A stretch of 62,728 bases of DNA, filler included, from Sphacelaria rigidula (lineage: Eukaryota): NCBI GenBank assembly GCA_964200075.2. It is 11 parts of 11 records of this genome, joined end to end, with 100 filler letters (N's around TTAATTAATTAA, not from the genome) between each part and the next. Parts side by side here need not be neighbours in the genome. Positions count along the whole stretch, not along the records: positions 34,273 to 39,884 come from CAXNAA020025872.1; positions 39,985 to 45,595 come from CAXNAA020025873.1; positions 45,696 to 51,306 come from CAXNAA020025874.1; 8 more parts are not named here. One strand, 5' to 3'. The notes below the pieces were generated by a model. The model did no database searches. It was not told the DNA's origin and saw nothing but the letters and a program-made list of their open reading frames with translations. Shown piece by piece: positions 35,681 to 48,703 of this stretch; position 1 is the first letter of the stretch; every line of letters begins with the position of its first letter. The translations under genes were made by a program, and so were the position numbers.

Positions 35681-35953
35681 GTCTGGGAAATGAGCGAAGG
35701 TGGCATGGAATCGTTTGGTACATCAGCACTATACTAGGAAATAGATGGTGGCCACCGACAGAGGAACAGGACGCGGATATGATACGTGAAACGTTTCTGT
35801 GTGACGTATGCAAGAAATGTGACGTGCGCCAATATGTTGGAGGCGTTTCCATTAGGAGTAGAAACCGTACCCTGTCTCGACAGGGATGCGTGGCCAATGG
35901 TCAAACGACTGAGGCAAGCAACTAATGAGAATGCCCCCCACCCACCCCCCCCC
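35681..35953 (+). mobile_element. LINE ORF2 C-terminus and 3' end inserted in the C-rich tail of the SINE
   Basis: LGNRWWP...GGVSIRSRNRTLSRQGCVANGQTTEASN*. Flanks ccccccactcccccc (35666-35680) and ccccccacccacccc (35934-35948) look like a TSD. Confidence 0.7.
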
Positions 35954-37127
35954 AACATGTCTGACAGGCGGCTGCTGCGAAACGGGTACGACTTACGACC
36001 CCCAACGGCACTCCAGCACAAGTTACGGTCACCGTCGAAAACCCGGGAGCTTACATGCTTTATGTCAGCGCTGGTCCTCGCTGGCTGGGGAGTACCCAGG
36101 GCCTGAAGCCCTCCGAAGAGCCAATCGCGGTACGTATGCCATATTTATTGCGTATGTAACGATCGGTAGCTCGTGGCTATGGTTAGGTTATGACTCAGCA
36201 GAGCAGTTGATGTGCGACAATTACATCAATGAGTAAATGAGTTAGCTACGGTGCAGTTTATTGAAACAGGGTAAATGAATCCTTGGGCTTTGTTTTTCAG
36301 CGCTGCAACCCCAGGAACGTGCGCACCTCAGGCACGCACGTGTAATTCCGAGAGTGGTTCTTGGAGATATGTTCGATCCGCGATCTGCTTTTCCCTCTTT
36401 TTCAAGCAATCAGGCCTCAGGACTCATAGATTTGGTGATTCGAAGCAGCGATAATTCGCTCGACTGTCCTTGATACTTTCGCCGCGTATACTGTACTAGT
36501 CATCCACTGCGTGTGCACGCACATGCTATGGTCTTTTTCCAAATTTGTTGGTTAAATTTTTGTACATTTCATTTTTCCAATAATGAATCGATCGCATCCT
36601 TTTATTTGTCCCAACCTCACGAATAATATAAATATTTTGTTCAATTTATATCATGCCTTCCTTGTATGTGGAGATGCGCGTTGCGCACGGTCGGTGACGT
36701 TTGCCTGTCCCCGCGACAATCTGAGAGTCCAGGTTAAAGGATAACCTGAGGCTTTTAACGAAACAACTCATTTCGACGGGAAATCGCGCGGGTGCGGGAG
36801 TGCTGGCCCAATGCTTGATTGTGAACTCCAGGACAAGCGCCGTACAGTACCGAGGAGAGATAGGGCGTCGACCCCTCGAAGAATGTGGACTAGTGCTAAC
36901 GAAAGGGGTGTGTGCGTGAGTGATTGAAATACTGACCGTACCGAAAGCCCACCGAGAGGCAAGTCTCAGTCTATTTTGACAAATCGGCAAATTTACCGCC
37001 AAATTATATTTAAAGAAAATGGGTTTTGTTCCCGCAAGACGTTGACGGAGATGATTGCCTCACTTGTTGCAAGATATCGTTTGGCAGTAGCGTAGTGAAG
37101 CGCGGCAGGATTCACTGACAGCTCCTC

Positions 37128-37163
<36 letters not shown>

Positions 37164-37519
37164 ACCTTCTTCTCCGGAATGCGCAACGAAAAATGTTTTG
37201 AGGCAATTCGGTAACATTTTTGCATCAGCAGAGTTGTTGTTCCGCTCAATCAGTCGAGGCGTGGCGCAGGGCAGGTGCAGCTTGTGCTTAGCATTCCTAG
37301 CGCGATTATCCTATTTATTATAAGCGTAATGTCGCTCCGCTGTATACTGCAATCAAATTGGTGGTGTCCGGATTTCTCATACTGTATCCAAGTCACCAAT
37401 GATCCTTGTTACAACAGTACTTTCAACATGCCTCGACGATGGAATTAGACTGCGCCTCGAAGGCTATGGAACTAGACCATAAATTGGAACTTTTATTCGA
37501 AATCTATTCATAGACTCAG

Positions 37520-38320
37520 GTGTGGCTGCCGGCGGCATCACCTCTCACAAAGACGGTCTACGTGTTGGACTTTGCCTCGACTACGGAATTAGATAGTTGC
37601 CGCCGAACATGGAGCAGCTGTTATATATTCAGTCGCTCTTATGGCTTGCGGCTCTCGCATTACACGACAGCAGTATTCGTATGTGCGGTCGCTCTTGTGG
37701 CTTGCATCGCTTGCGGCGGCAGTGAGTCTCGGCAAGCACAACAACGGGGATCGGTTATCACAACCGGTGATCGGTCATCGGCTCTTGAACTACACCACAA
37801 CACTGCAGTCGCTCTTGTGGCTTGCGGCATCACCTCTCACGAAGCCGGTTGGCGTGTTCTGCTCGCCTCTCTCAAGAACTAAGACGCTACGTAGATTTCA
37901 AAAGAGCGCCTGCTATTTGTGCTCACGGCGCCGATTATAAAGGAGCACCAGTCACAGCAGTACTTCATTGCTAATCGCTGTTGTGAGCGTGCTGCACGTG
38001 CTGCACGACGATGGTACTGTGAGTTCAACCTCTATTAACGTACCCGGGAACGGTATTCCAACTTGGAAATCTTTATTTGAAATATATCCATTAGAGATTC
38101 AGTTTTTGGTGATCGGCTCTTGCATTACACTACAAGAGTAGTTCGTATCTGCAGCCGCTCTTATGGCTTGCAGCATCACCTCTCACGAACCCGGTTGACG
38201 TGTTCTGCTTGCCTCTCTCAACAATCAGAACACCACATGGATTTTAACGAAAGACCAGCTATATATGCTCACCGCACGCATTATAAAAGAGCACCAGCCG
38301 CAGCAGCCCTTCATTGCTCA
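37520..38320. repeat. Degenerate ~300-bp tandem repeat cluster
   Basis: gctctt(a/g)tggcttgc.gcatcacctctcac recurs. 37770-37970 and 38108-38320 align end to end. Confidence 0.7.
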
Positions 38321-40358
38321 GTCGCTATCGTAGTGCTGCGAGGTTCCGAGAACATTGGGGGTGTCCACAGGTGTGAGTCGGATGAACTTTTGTGCGTGTG
38401 TCCATCCATCATACATGCTACACTCTGACAAATTATCAAGAGAAAACGCTGCCATTTGCTGTACCCAGCCGCACAAAAGCCAAGGTAGAGGGTGTGGCGA
38501 GTACCAGAGCAGACATCATCATCGCGACTGCAGTATGCGGTTCTGTTCGTTGCAAGTGTGCTGTGGATGTCTCTGCGTGTTTGCTCGGGTTATTTTGTTG
38601 ACGTAAAACGTCGTTCATTCATCTGATTCACACTCACGCCCGTTGCTATTTCCAGACCTATCTGCGACTGCGGAAGAATCAGCCGTGCTGTCGTGACTGT
38701 ACTGTTGTTATACTGGCCACGGTTTCACCCGAAGTCCAGCTAGCTACGGTACTGTTATGAAACACAACGTTAAGAACCCACTGTACTGCGGTAAACAAGT
38801 ACAGGCTGCACTTTGCACATACAGTACGGGGTATGCAGGCATTTGTAGGCGGGTCAGGAGGCGGCCTCTCATGTCGCGGCGGTGTTATCGGCTGTCCGTG
38901 GTTCTACACTGTTGTGACTGTAGGATTCAAGGTTACTTCGTCTATCGTACATGCAGATGATAGGGCATGACATACAAATTGAACGGACAAGCACCAGCCA
39001 AATACGGTAGCTGGCGCATACAGTACAGTGCAGAGCAGCCGGTTACGATGCAGACTTCACGACTGGCTCGAATGGTCAGTGCAATAGAGCAGTGCAGTAT
39101 AGTACACTTGAAAGGTGATGCATTTCGAGGCGGTGTTGTCGGCAATGTCTGTTTCACACCGTCGTGATTGTATGGTTCGAGGACACTTTCTAAATGGCAC
39201 ATGTGGATGCATAGGACATGACATACGGACTGAAGGGTCGAACCCCAGAAAAATTTGCAGTAGCCGGTACGCAGTACAACTACTGTACAGTAGTGCAGCT
39301 GTTCACAATGAAGATTTGACGCCTTGAACGATGGTCAGAGCAACAGTAGTACAGTACAGTACATGGTACACAACAGCGCATGCAGGGTAAAGTGGTAATT
39401 ACAGAGTACACCACAACTAACGAACAGAAGAGCTGAACACCGACACCTAGATGTTGTCTGTTCCGGTGCGCGCCACGCCCTCTCTACCTCGGGTTCCACG
39501 TCCGGCTGGGTACACAAGCGGCGGCGCTTTTCAAACCATGATTCTTGTTTCATCGGACGCATTTTTTCGATCGAAAAAAGGGACGTTGGAATGGATTTGA
39601 GCGAAATTTCCTCATATTTGTAGAGTTGTTCACACGTCGGACAGATCAGTTTCTATGCGATCCAGCTCCTACAGGTGAAGTATGGACACATTTGTGTACC
39701 TGATTCGAATGATACAGTGCAACTAGTCATGGAAAGGTCCTCGTGATCCGGGTACCATCGATCACGAGGGTGATATCTCGTACGGGTCATCAGGATACAC
39801 ACGCTGTTGTTGCCATTTCGAGTACACCTGACTCGGATTACATGGGTGTACGCCAAGAGGTGATGTACGGATGCACAGAGTATANNNNNNNNNNNNNNNN
39901 NNNNNNNNNNNNNNNNNNNNNNNNNNNNTTAATTAATTAANNNNNNNNNNNNNNNNNNNNNNNNNNNNNNNNNNNNNNNNNNNNTTGGTGTGTTGTTCAT
40001 TTTTTATTATTTATATCTATTTTATTATACTTTCGCACTCTCCCCCCCCCCCCCCCCCCCCCCCTCCTTCCTCCTCGGGACGAGTCCGTGATCTCAAGGG
40101 ATCACCGCGTCTCTCCCCCGTACACGCCTTGCATTTTGGTCTCGCGGATTGGGTCAGCACTACTTCCGCACCGCGTCACCTTTCTCGTCGAACAAATTCA
40201 GTCAGTTGCTTTTTCACGGTTCCAATAATATCGTGATTCGACTCATGTTCAGTGTATGTGGGAACCAATCTTACGATTCGTACACGAGTTGTGATTCGTA
40301 TATGTTGTGGATTTGCAATTCGTGCAACACTACTTGGAGTCTACACATTCGTATGGTA

Positions 40359-41146
40359 TGAGTCACGAGTACCGCAGATGTTTCCCGCTTTCCACTCAAA
40401 TGGCATGAATCATACGTACATATTCCCCACCTTTAATTCACACGTGGTGAATCAAGCGTACATGTTTCCCAATTCCCATCCACGCAACATGAATCATTCG
40501 TACGTGTTTCCCACTTTTTCATTTATGCCGCATGAATCATACGTACATGTTCCCCCATAATCTGTTCACATGACATGAATCATTAGCACATATTGTTTCC
40601 TACGCTTCATTCTATTGGGCGCGACTCGTCGGTGTCGCAGCCTTTTTGTAGGTGGGGCAGGCAATTAAGAGCGTACAGGTCACAAAACCGCAAGAGCTAT
40701 ATCCACATTAGACCAAGTCCCAATTATTGTACTCGCACGTAGCGCATCATTTATAGTATAACACACGCAGCCTTGTGGTTTCATGTGTGAGTTTATGTCG
40801 TGTTGTGTGGTACAGTTGATCTACATATACTGTATGTAATACTAACATTTCCCCTCCCACCCATACGCCATGATCCGCAGGTACGTGTATCTTTCCCTTC
40901 ATTATGCAACATGAATCATGGGTACATTTTCCTCATCTTTCACTTATTCGAGGTGAATCAAGCGTAAATGTTTCCCGATCCCCCATCCATGCAGCATGAC
41001 TCATACAATATTTTCTCCCCCTTCCCATCATATGAGGTGAATTGTGCGCACATGTTCCCCAGTTGTCATTCATGTAGCATGAATCATACGTACATGTTCC
41101 CGACCTTCGATTCATACGAGACGAATCAAGGGTGCATGTTTCCCAC
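40359..41146 (+). repeat. Degenerate 42-43-bp minisatellite in two blocks
   Basis: A tgaatca(t/a)..gtaca tgtt(t/c)ccc core starts at 40406, 40448, 40490, 40533 and 40576, and again about every 42 bp from 40912 to 41123. Confidence 0.88.
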
Positions 41147-41437
41147 CACTGATGATAAAGGAATTGTAATTCGTAAATATTTTGCGCTCTTGGTTCGTGT
41201 GGCACTGCTTCACTACTTGAAGTGCACACATTTTGAGCTCATGATTCGCGCGGTATGACCTTGGACGTGGAACTTTGCCTCTCGTGATTTATAGCCGATG
41301 ACTCTTCGGGGCATGATTCGCTTTCACCATTCATGGAGAGTCAACCCCTGTGGATCGTTAGTCCGAAGCGTGCTACTTTTCGTCTAGCCATGTCCTCATG
41401 CTTTCCACTGTGAAAAAAAAATGCTTGGGGAATCAAA

Positions 41438-41512
41438 CAACGGACGGGGAATCGAACCCTAGTTGTCTCGCCCCTAATGGTGACAGTTGAACCCCTAGAC
41501 CGCAAGGACGCC
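41438..41512 (-). pseudogene. tRNA-like pseudogene or SINE head
   Basis: The minus strand has an A-box-like TGCGGTCTAGGGG and a B-box GGGTTCGATTCCC at tRNA spacing. The acceptor and anticodon stems do not pair. Confidence 0.55.
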
Positions 41513-44098
41513 CGGCATATTATATATATATAAGATAAATATGTAAGAACCCCTGATGAAAAAAATAAATCTCTTCGTTCTCGAGCATTTCTTTTATCCG
41601 GCAGAGAGACATCCTAACAAAATGAACGGTGTTCTTGTGATGATGTTCTCATCCTCTATTGTCATAGGAGGAGTACTCTCACCACCTCCGTCGCCGTTGA
41701 ATATCCATCGCGACAGGCCACAAAAATGATACGGTGTCCGCAAAATTTGAGATGATCGACCGTTTGGCGTGAGTAGCAGTACTCAGACGTTGGCTTGACA
41801 TGCTGGACAAGCTGGGCGTCAAATTCCTGTGGTTTTCGTTGTATTCGATGTAAGCATTTACCCGCTAGTGGACTCTTCTATCCCAGTTCGTGTAGACTTT
41901 TGAACAAACCGAATTATGCTACACATGGTTACATTTCGCACGATGCGTAGCAAAAGCGCACAGGGAGCTGCGAGTAACTAAGGGGGAAAAAAACGTCATC
42001 ACGTAGGTACCTTCGTCAATTCCTGCAGTCACTGAATCGCCGGCTAACTTACTGATATCGTTCTTCGGGGTGTATGGAGACGTACCCCTCTGTGCAACAA
42101 TCAAAATCAATCAACCAAACTTTTCGGGGGGGGGGTCATGTGTCAATGTCCATTGATTTTTCAGGATGAAATCTTTGGAGGACGGTATCCACCACAATTT
42201 GCGTCAGTTGCCTTTGCTCGTATGGGACGTATCCTCTTCTCATGTTGGTGCCCCCGCACATGCGTTTTCCGCGGAAAACCCATGTCTGAGGGCTGCAGCG
42301 CGATGTCTTCGTGTCCGCCTGATACTGCACGGGGGTGGGTACAGCACTCGTACGCGCTCGTCAACACGACGTCTACCTCGGTAAAGGTCAACTCTCCGTA
42401 TTTCACATGCATTCATCACGCGTATCAACTTTGTACTGCGCGTTTTGAATGGCAGGGTCGTGGAGAAAGACCTCCCCGTGGCGGTGGAGGATATCGTCGA
42501 CGACTTTTACAGGGGCGCCGTGGTCAACAGCGGGTGAGAGACACCACAAAAACGTACACTATATCACAAGAGATCGCATCCCTGGAACTATTATTGGAGC
42601 TGGGTGTCACTAACAGGCAATGCCCTGTACTGTATGCGTCAAGAAATGTACGAGACAAATCTGCAACGGCGGAAGCCCCGGCGCCACTAGCACCGTACTC
42701 ATACGTAACACGCGTCTCTTCATTTCTCACCGCATGATGCTTACGCGTTTAACATGCGCGGATACGTGCCTGTTGTTTGAGGTGTTGCATTCCATGTAAT
42801 GCACAACTGACATTAACTCCAGGTGGACGAACACCGCATTTTTTTATGGTATCACGAGTGTTTGCGGGGGGCGTGTTTGGCATCCTCACACGAGGGCGCA
42901 TGGAGAGCGATGACGCGGGAGTTGGATCCTACGCAGTGAAGGGGTGCATCATTCTCCTTGACGTGTCCACACCTCGCTCGTGGGACGCATGCGCCCTGCG
43001 TGGTCAAAGTGCCCAATCGGTGCCTCACCTTACCGTCACTTTCCCGCGGAACCATTGCGCTGTCATATTTAAGCGGGGTATTGCGACCAGATTGTCAGCC
43101 TTCTAGACCAAACACCATAAACCGGCACACACACCGCGATGCTGTCATAGATATCGCTTGTGCTCGTGGAGTCGAGATTCAGGCTGTGCGTCTATCCGTC
43201 CATCAACTGAAACCGAAACGGCTGTGGCCAGGCAACGTGGCGGGTTACCGCCGATGTTTGAAGGTCACGCTGTCACACCCGAATCGTATCGTACCCCTTT
43301 TGTTGTGTTGACAAGGTATCCTCGGTTTTCCAAGTTGCAGCTAAAGGCCTCGACCATACCCTTTGTTTTTCAATTTTTATTTGTCGTAAGTTCAGAAGCC
43401 TTGGTTGTAACCATCGCTGTCGCTTCAAGCGTATCACTATGTCCCGTAACACTGGGGCGGCCTAGAGATGAGCTTCCGAATCGCCCCGCTATCCTGTGAA
43501 TATCGCCTTCGTTATCTTGCACATCAAACGACAGCCGCAGCTTGAATTCCATGAGGCCGTGATGGTATGCAACGGGGTGCGTTTCACGTAATGGCACCCA
43601 CGCTGCAACCACAGACGACAGCTTATCTCAACTGGAGCTACCGCGTTGGAGTCTTGCCTAGACAGGTCATCCCCACATAGTATTCCTATGGGAATGTCTC
43701 GTGGCTTTGTGCAAGCTCAGTGTGTCGGGACTGTGTTTCGACGCATATGGTGCTTTCCCGACGGATTCTCTGCATGATGTCATGTGCTACAAAGTAGGCA
43801 GCTGCTTCGTATGCAAGCGAAAATCAAACTGCAAATGGAGCTCAAGGGAAAACTTCAAAATCCCCGCCCTTCGACGTAGACAAATATGTTCAGCTTCGTA
43901 GCCGACAACCCCGCACATGAATGTGTGGAACCGCTGCATATCACACCCGATATCAGGGCTAATTTCGTAATGTTGAAGCGCCCGCGGGTTTTAACGTTCT
44001 CACACAGCCATGAAGCGTTTGCGCTTTCCTTTACAACGTTTTTTACACGCGACCTGGAGTTGAACCATGTTGTGTTGTCTCCTCCCCACCTCCCGCCC

Positions 44099-44456
44099 AT
44101 ATGCAAGATATTCAGTAGGCTTCAGGTCGAACAAACTTAGCAGGATGCAGCCCATCCTTCATGCGACTCGCCGAACACATCACGGCGCTTGGCGCTCGGT
44201 AGTTGATTGCGAGCCTGGTCCGGCGGGAACCCGGCGTGTTCCGTAACGGCTTTGTAGGGATTGTCGTTCTGTTCGACCCCTCTTTTTTTTTTTTCTCAGA
44301 GTGTGTTTCACTTTCATTTTTCTTGGGTACGTCCATCATGACACAACGGCTGGACCCCCGGGGGGTCACTTAAAGTGCGACAATCAATCTATCAATCAAT
44401 CAGGGATGCGAAGTCAATGATAATATGACTACGACATACAAGATCATGAGTACACC
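44099..44456 (+). mobile_element. SINE-like copy split by a nested 140-bp retro-insertion
   Basis: The insert (44262-44401) ends in a (TCAA)n-like tail and is flanked by AGGGAT at 44256-44261 and 44402-44407. Confidence 0.75.
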
Positions 44457-44461
44457 AAACC

Positions 44462-44583
44462 CGGTGCTCCGTCTCGGGAGAGATGCGGGGTCAATGGTCA
44501 AACGACTAATGCAAGCAATAAATGAGTACCCCTCCCTCCCACCCGCCCCCCCCCCCCCCCCCCCCCCCCCCCCGCCCCCCCCC
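44462..44583 (+). mobile_element. LINE 3' fragment with a long C-run directly behind the SINE end
   Basis: cggtgctccgtctcggg...ataaatgagtac followed by a C-rich tract running into a 10-N gap. Confidence 0.75.
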
Positions 44584-44850
44584 NNNNNNNNNNGGGGGAA
44601 AGGGGGGGTAAAAGCAAAACCAACAAATCAAAGAAAAAAATAATTCCCCCCCCCCCCCCCCCCCCCCCCCGTCTGCCCGCGCGCTCGCCTAAACACGACG
44701 GCCGAACGAATTCGCGGAAACTGCACACCTGGAAACGGAAACAATGTTGTCGCCGTTGTACGGGATCTAGTACCGTCTCAAGTGACCTCGTTTGATGTGC
44801 CTGCGTGTGTCTTGCACCGAAACACTGAAAACGAAACTGCCGTATGCCAG

Positions 44851-44966
44851 GTGTTGTGGAGCTGACGAGTTGGTGAAATTGCACGCATACACTCTGATGG
44901 AGTACCACCGCGTGCTGCACCTGGACGTGGACACACTCCTGCTCCATCCAATGGATGAGCTGATGG
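44851..44966 (+). CDS. Exon of a glycosyltransferase family 8 (glycogenin/galactinol synthase-like) protein
   Basis: gccag| ... ATG G|gtgagg boundaries. CCGADELVKLHAYTLMEYHRVLHLDVDTLLLHPMDEL contains the GT8 pattern K-L...Y.RV..LDxD...DEL. Confidence 0.85.
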
Positions 44967-45695
44967 GTGAGGGGTTTTTGAAAAAATTGATGTCGCCGTG
45001 TATATTCAAGTTCGTCAAGGGGGGGGGGGGCGAGTCTCCCAGTATTAAAATGGCATGCAGTTGTTGGCCCGATATAACGGTGGCCTGAATAACGGAACGT
45101 CCGGTTTAGTGGCATGATAATCGCTTGGCACCGCCTCGGCGACATGAGCGGCATTCTCCAGTCAGCGGACCCCCTTCTTAGCTGTGGGGGCTACGCATTC
45201 CACACACAACCACCTGCTCACACGTATCATACTAGCATGCGCGGCTCTAGAACAAGAATAAAAGTGCTATATATCACTGGGAAATGCAGAACTACGACGA
45301 CGCGGCGCACCACGTCCGAAGTAGAACACACACCACTACTGCGACCAGATTCCACGAAGACCTGTCGCTAATAGACAACCCACAGCCATTTCTCCTCTAT
45401 GGCGGCAAAATTGTCGCTATTACCGCACCCAATAGCGGCAAAAATACCACCATTGAGGAACGGCGGTATTGCCCTGAATAGCGGCATCCCCCCCCCCCCC
45501 CCCCCCCCCCCCCCCCAGCGCCCGCCCCCCCCCCCGACCCAGCGCCCGCCCGCCCCGGCCACCCGGACCCACCGCGCCCACCCCCAGCGCCAACGNNNNN
45601 NNNNNNNNNNNNNNNNNNNNNNNNNNNNNNNNNNNNNNNTTAATTAATTAANNNNNNNNNNNNNNNNNNNNNNNNNNNNNNNNNNNNNNNNNNNN

Positions 45696-45762
45696 GAAAG
45701 GGATGCGTGGTCAATGGTCACACGACTAAGGCAAGCAACGAATGAGTACGCCCCCCCCCCCC
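45696..45762 (+). mobile_element. LINE 3' end followed by C12
   Basis: gaaagggatgcgtggtcaatgg...gaatgagtacg followed by a C-run at 45751-45762. Confidence 0.8.
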
Positions 45763-47356
45763 TCCTCCTCGTAATGCCCTGATCCGAAAGTTCGGGTCAC
45801 TAAAGAAAGTAAACGTCTACGGTTGGGAGTAGTGATTTTAGTTCAACAGTTCACCGGTCGAATATTGGCGTGTTGAACGGATAAGCGTGAGATCCGCCTG
45901 AAACCGGAGGTTCGCGTCAACCTCAGTAGCTTCCCTCTGAACTGCCGCTGGTTGTAGTGGTGTGTTGCGGGCCAATATGAGTGTTCGAAATTAATTTCCA
46001 GAAACACAGACCCAACAGCAGGTGTGACACTCGCCACAACCATGAACGAAGCAAGTACCGCTGTCAGCTCCTGCACTAAATATAGGTGGGGAGAGTACCC
46101 GGTGCGGGAATTTGTGGCGAGGAGTAACCGAGCCACATAACCTTTCATGGTATAAGATAAGCTTACGGGGTCGTGGCTGCAACGAATGCTGTCGCCGGGT
46201 GGATATGTCGGATGTACAGCCCGAAAACAGCAGTATACTCCGCTCGTGAATTGCAAGTTCGCACACCGGGCACTGCAAATGCGGGATTACGCTGGCACAG
46301 CAGTAGAAATGCGAATATCCAGGCCGTGGTAGTCACATGAACAACACTACTGTGGTATCACCTTGTCAGTGTCAGTGTCTCATCCTGTCGCTGTGGATCA
46401 TACCAGATCTGAGGTGCCTGGGGAATCTGCTGGACTCTCAAGATACCAATATATGGTGCTTCTTGGAACTTAGATGGAAACATACCTTGCTCCAATCCTT
46501 GGTAGTTCGCTTGGCAGAACACGGAAGCAGCACAACTAGTGCAGTCACGAGCAGGATAACTAATGATTTCATCATGGTCGCCTTCAGTTTTTGTCAACGA
46601 TGGTTCTTCGACACACCCGACACCTCTCGCAAAGATGCAAGCAGATGTGCTATGGTGCCACAATGCCGGTGCCACCGATCGAAGTATGACTTCTTTGTGC
46701 GTGATATATTGAAACATGACGAAAGCGACGGGAATCATTTGCTTGTGCTATCTCAAGTCTGTTGTGTTCACTGCAGAAGCAGCGTTTCCTTACATACAGT
46801 GTTTCGTTTTCAGCTCACCAGTAAATTTGATTCATAATCGTGACGTTGCATGGTGCGTATTGTTGTTTTCAAACGGCCGTACAAAGTAAACTTGGTGTTC
46901 CGAAACACAAACGGGAACTGAGCTTGGTATGATCAATTCAAAATTTGAAAAACAAAAAACTATTACCCGGCATCGTTGATCAACGTTCAACTTTAACGGC
47001 GACCTTATCGCCTTCAGCAGACCAGGAGGCGACCCTCGTGGGCAGCTGAGTCTAGGCTCACGGTATCAAGACCTGTTTCTATACCCGTTCACCAGCGCTG
47101 CTAGCTTCCAGCTTGCTTTGAACAAAGGACTGGGCTACTCCTCTCCGATCCAGCACACACGAGTGACCACCAAAATTCAACCAACTGCAAGTGCAAGTCA
47201 TATTCGTCATCGCTGCGTCAAGAGTGTGCTGCGCTTTAGCTTTGTATAATGGATGTACGGCACCACAAGCCCAGCCCACCGCTACAGTAGGACGATTCCA
47301 AGTTCCTAGGCGCTACTGACACATCTTCATAGTCGGGTCATCTATCATGTCGGTAG

Positions 47357-48231
47357 ATCTAGCGTCGTTCTTGGCGCCCGGCTCGCTCCTCGGCGAAGTG
47401 ACGCAACGCATCATGGAATTTTTGTCAGTTCAAGATCTGCTAGAGTACGTAGCTTCGGCTGCTGCTCCGTGTTCACCGAATGCCGCCGAGCGCCGCTCCC
47501 GTACGGAAGACGTTAGCCGTGTTGGAGGCCCAAATCCTCGAGATGTGGCTTTGGAGATCCCCCAAGGGCCCCGTGCTGGCAAGTACCGTCGTGAAAATGC
47601 ACCTGGCCGTTCCGCGTGTCGTACTACAGTCGGCCGCAAAAGCGATACTCGGGCCGCAGAAGGAGGCAGGCGTGCTCTCCCGCACTCGAAGACGTCAGCG
47701 TTGTCTACCGTTCCCCCGGAAGAGGTGCCGCACGGTCCCGGAGCCGGTGATGAAGCGGGTGGAGTAATGCGCTCTCAGACGAAACCGCATGGCTCCACTA
47801 TCTCCACTTCTCTTCAACATCCTGGTGATTTTCAGGAGCAAGAACGTGGCGATGGTTTACAAGTATGTGTTGTTGATATCGGGTGTCCTGTTGATCCGAT
47901 TAGACAAGAAAAACAGCATATCCGGGCCCAGGAGGGGAACGGTACGTCGGGAATGCCAGAAAAAAAAGGTTTCGGTATATTCGGGGTGGTTCAGGGACTG
48001 AGCTTGCATCCGTTCGCCGCACTCGGAGTCATCGGGGCTGGCGTATCGCAAGGGCTGACTCACGTTCTGCAGCAGGTGCCACTTATGGCGTTGCTGAGGT
48101 GGGCGTCAAGGGGAACGGAGAAGGTGCTGGGCATGACGTTCCGTGTTGTCCTCTTGCCGTATGATGTCACCAAGGGGGTGATTTCTTACGTAGTGGGGAT
48201 GCTGGAGGCTACGCTCAATGTCGCCACGGAG
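47357..48231 (+). CDS. Internal exon of an unknown protein
   Basis: Lies within the 320-aa ORF, between a ggtag| acceptor and a GAG|gtgtgt donor. Helical ends (EVTQRIMEFLSVQDLLEYV; VLGMTFRVVLLPYDVTKG) flank a disordered middle. Confidence 0.65.
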
Positions 48232-48703
48232 GTGTGTCTTGATATATTTCGCGAGCAATGCTCTATGGGGCGTTTTGTGTTGCTGGATGAGCGATGCTCA
48301 GGTTTTTGATGTTGCAATCACTGTGTGCTGCAGCTGCATATTGGAGCTGGTCAAGTTCGCTCTTCCTCTGTTGAATTTATGCCGCAATTTATGAGGGTTG
48401 ATTTTTTCGTACGGTGGGGACCGAAACACACGATCACCCCCCCCTCCATTGGATTGTATCGCACCGTCTTCGTACTAATCCCAAGCACGAGGCATGCACT
48501 CTGCCCTTGTTGCCCCCCGCGTACTCTCACTGTCTGCATTGCAACTGTGCAACAGACGGTACTATCCGCGCATTTTGCGGTCACCTCTTCACGGGAAATA
48601 GACAGCTTGACATCAAATACAGGTACAATCGATAACCGCGCGTGCCGACCCAACAACCCTGAAATAGTCCGCACCGCACCCGTTGGGGTTCAAGAGTAAA
48701 GTC

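Noticed and set aside
40359..41146. CRISPR array
   Set aside because: The repeats are degenerate, the spacer-like parts are only ~17 nt and resemble each other, no cas genes are present, and the context is eukaryotic.
43000..43400. hAT transposase remnant (VSVDGRID as decayed DGWTD)
   Set aside because: A single motif needing two substitutions, with no other supporting blocks or TIRs.
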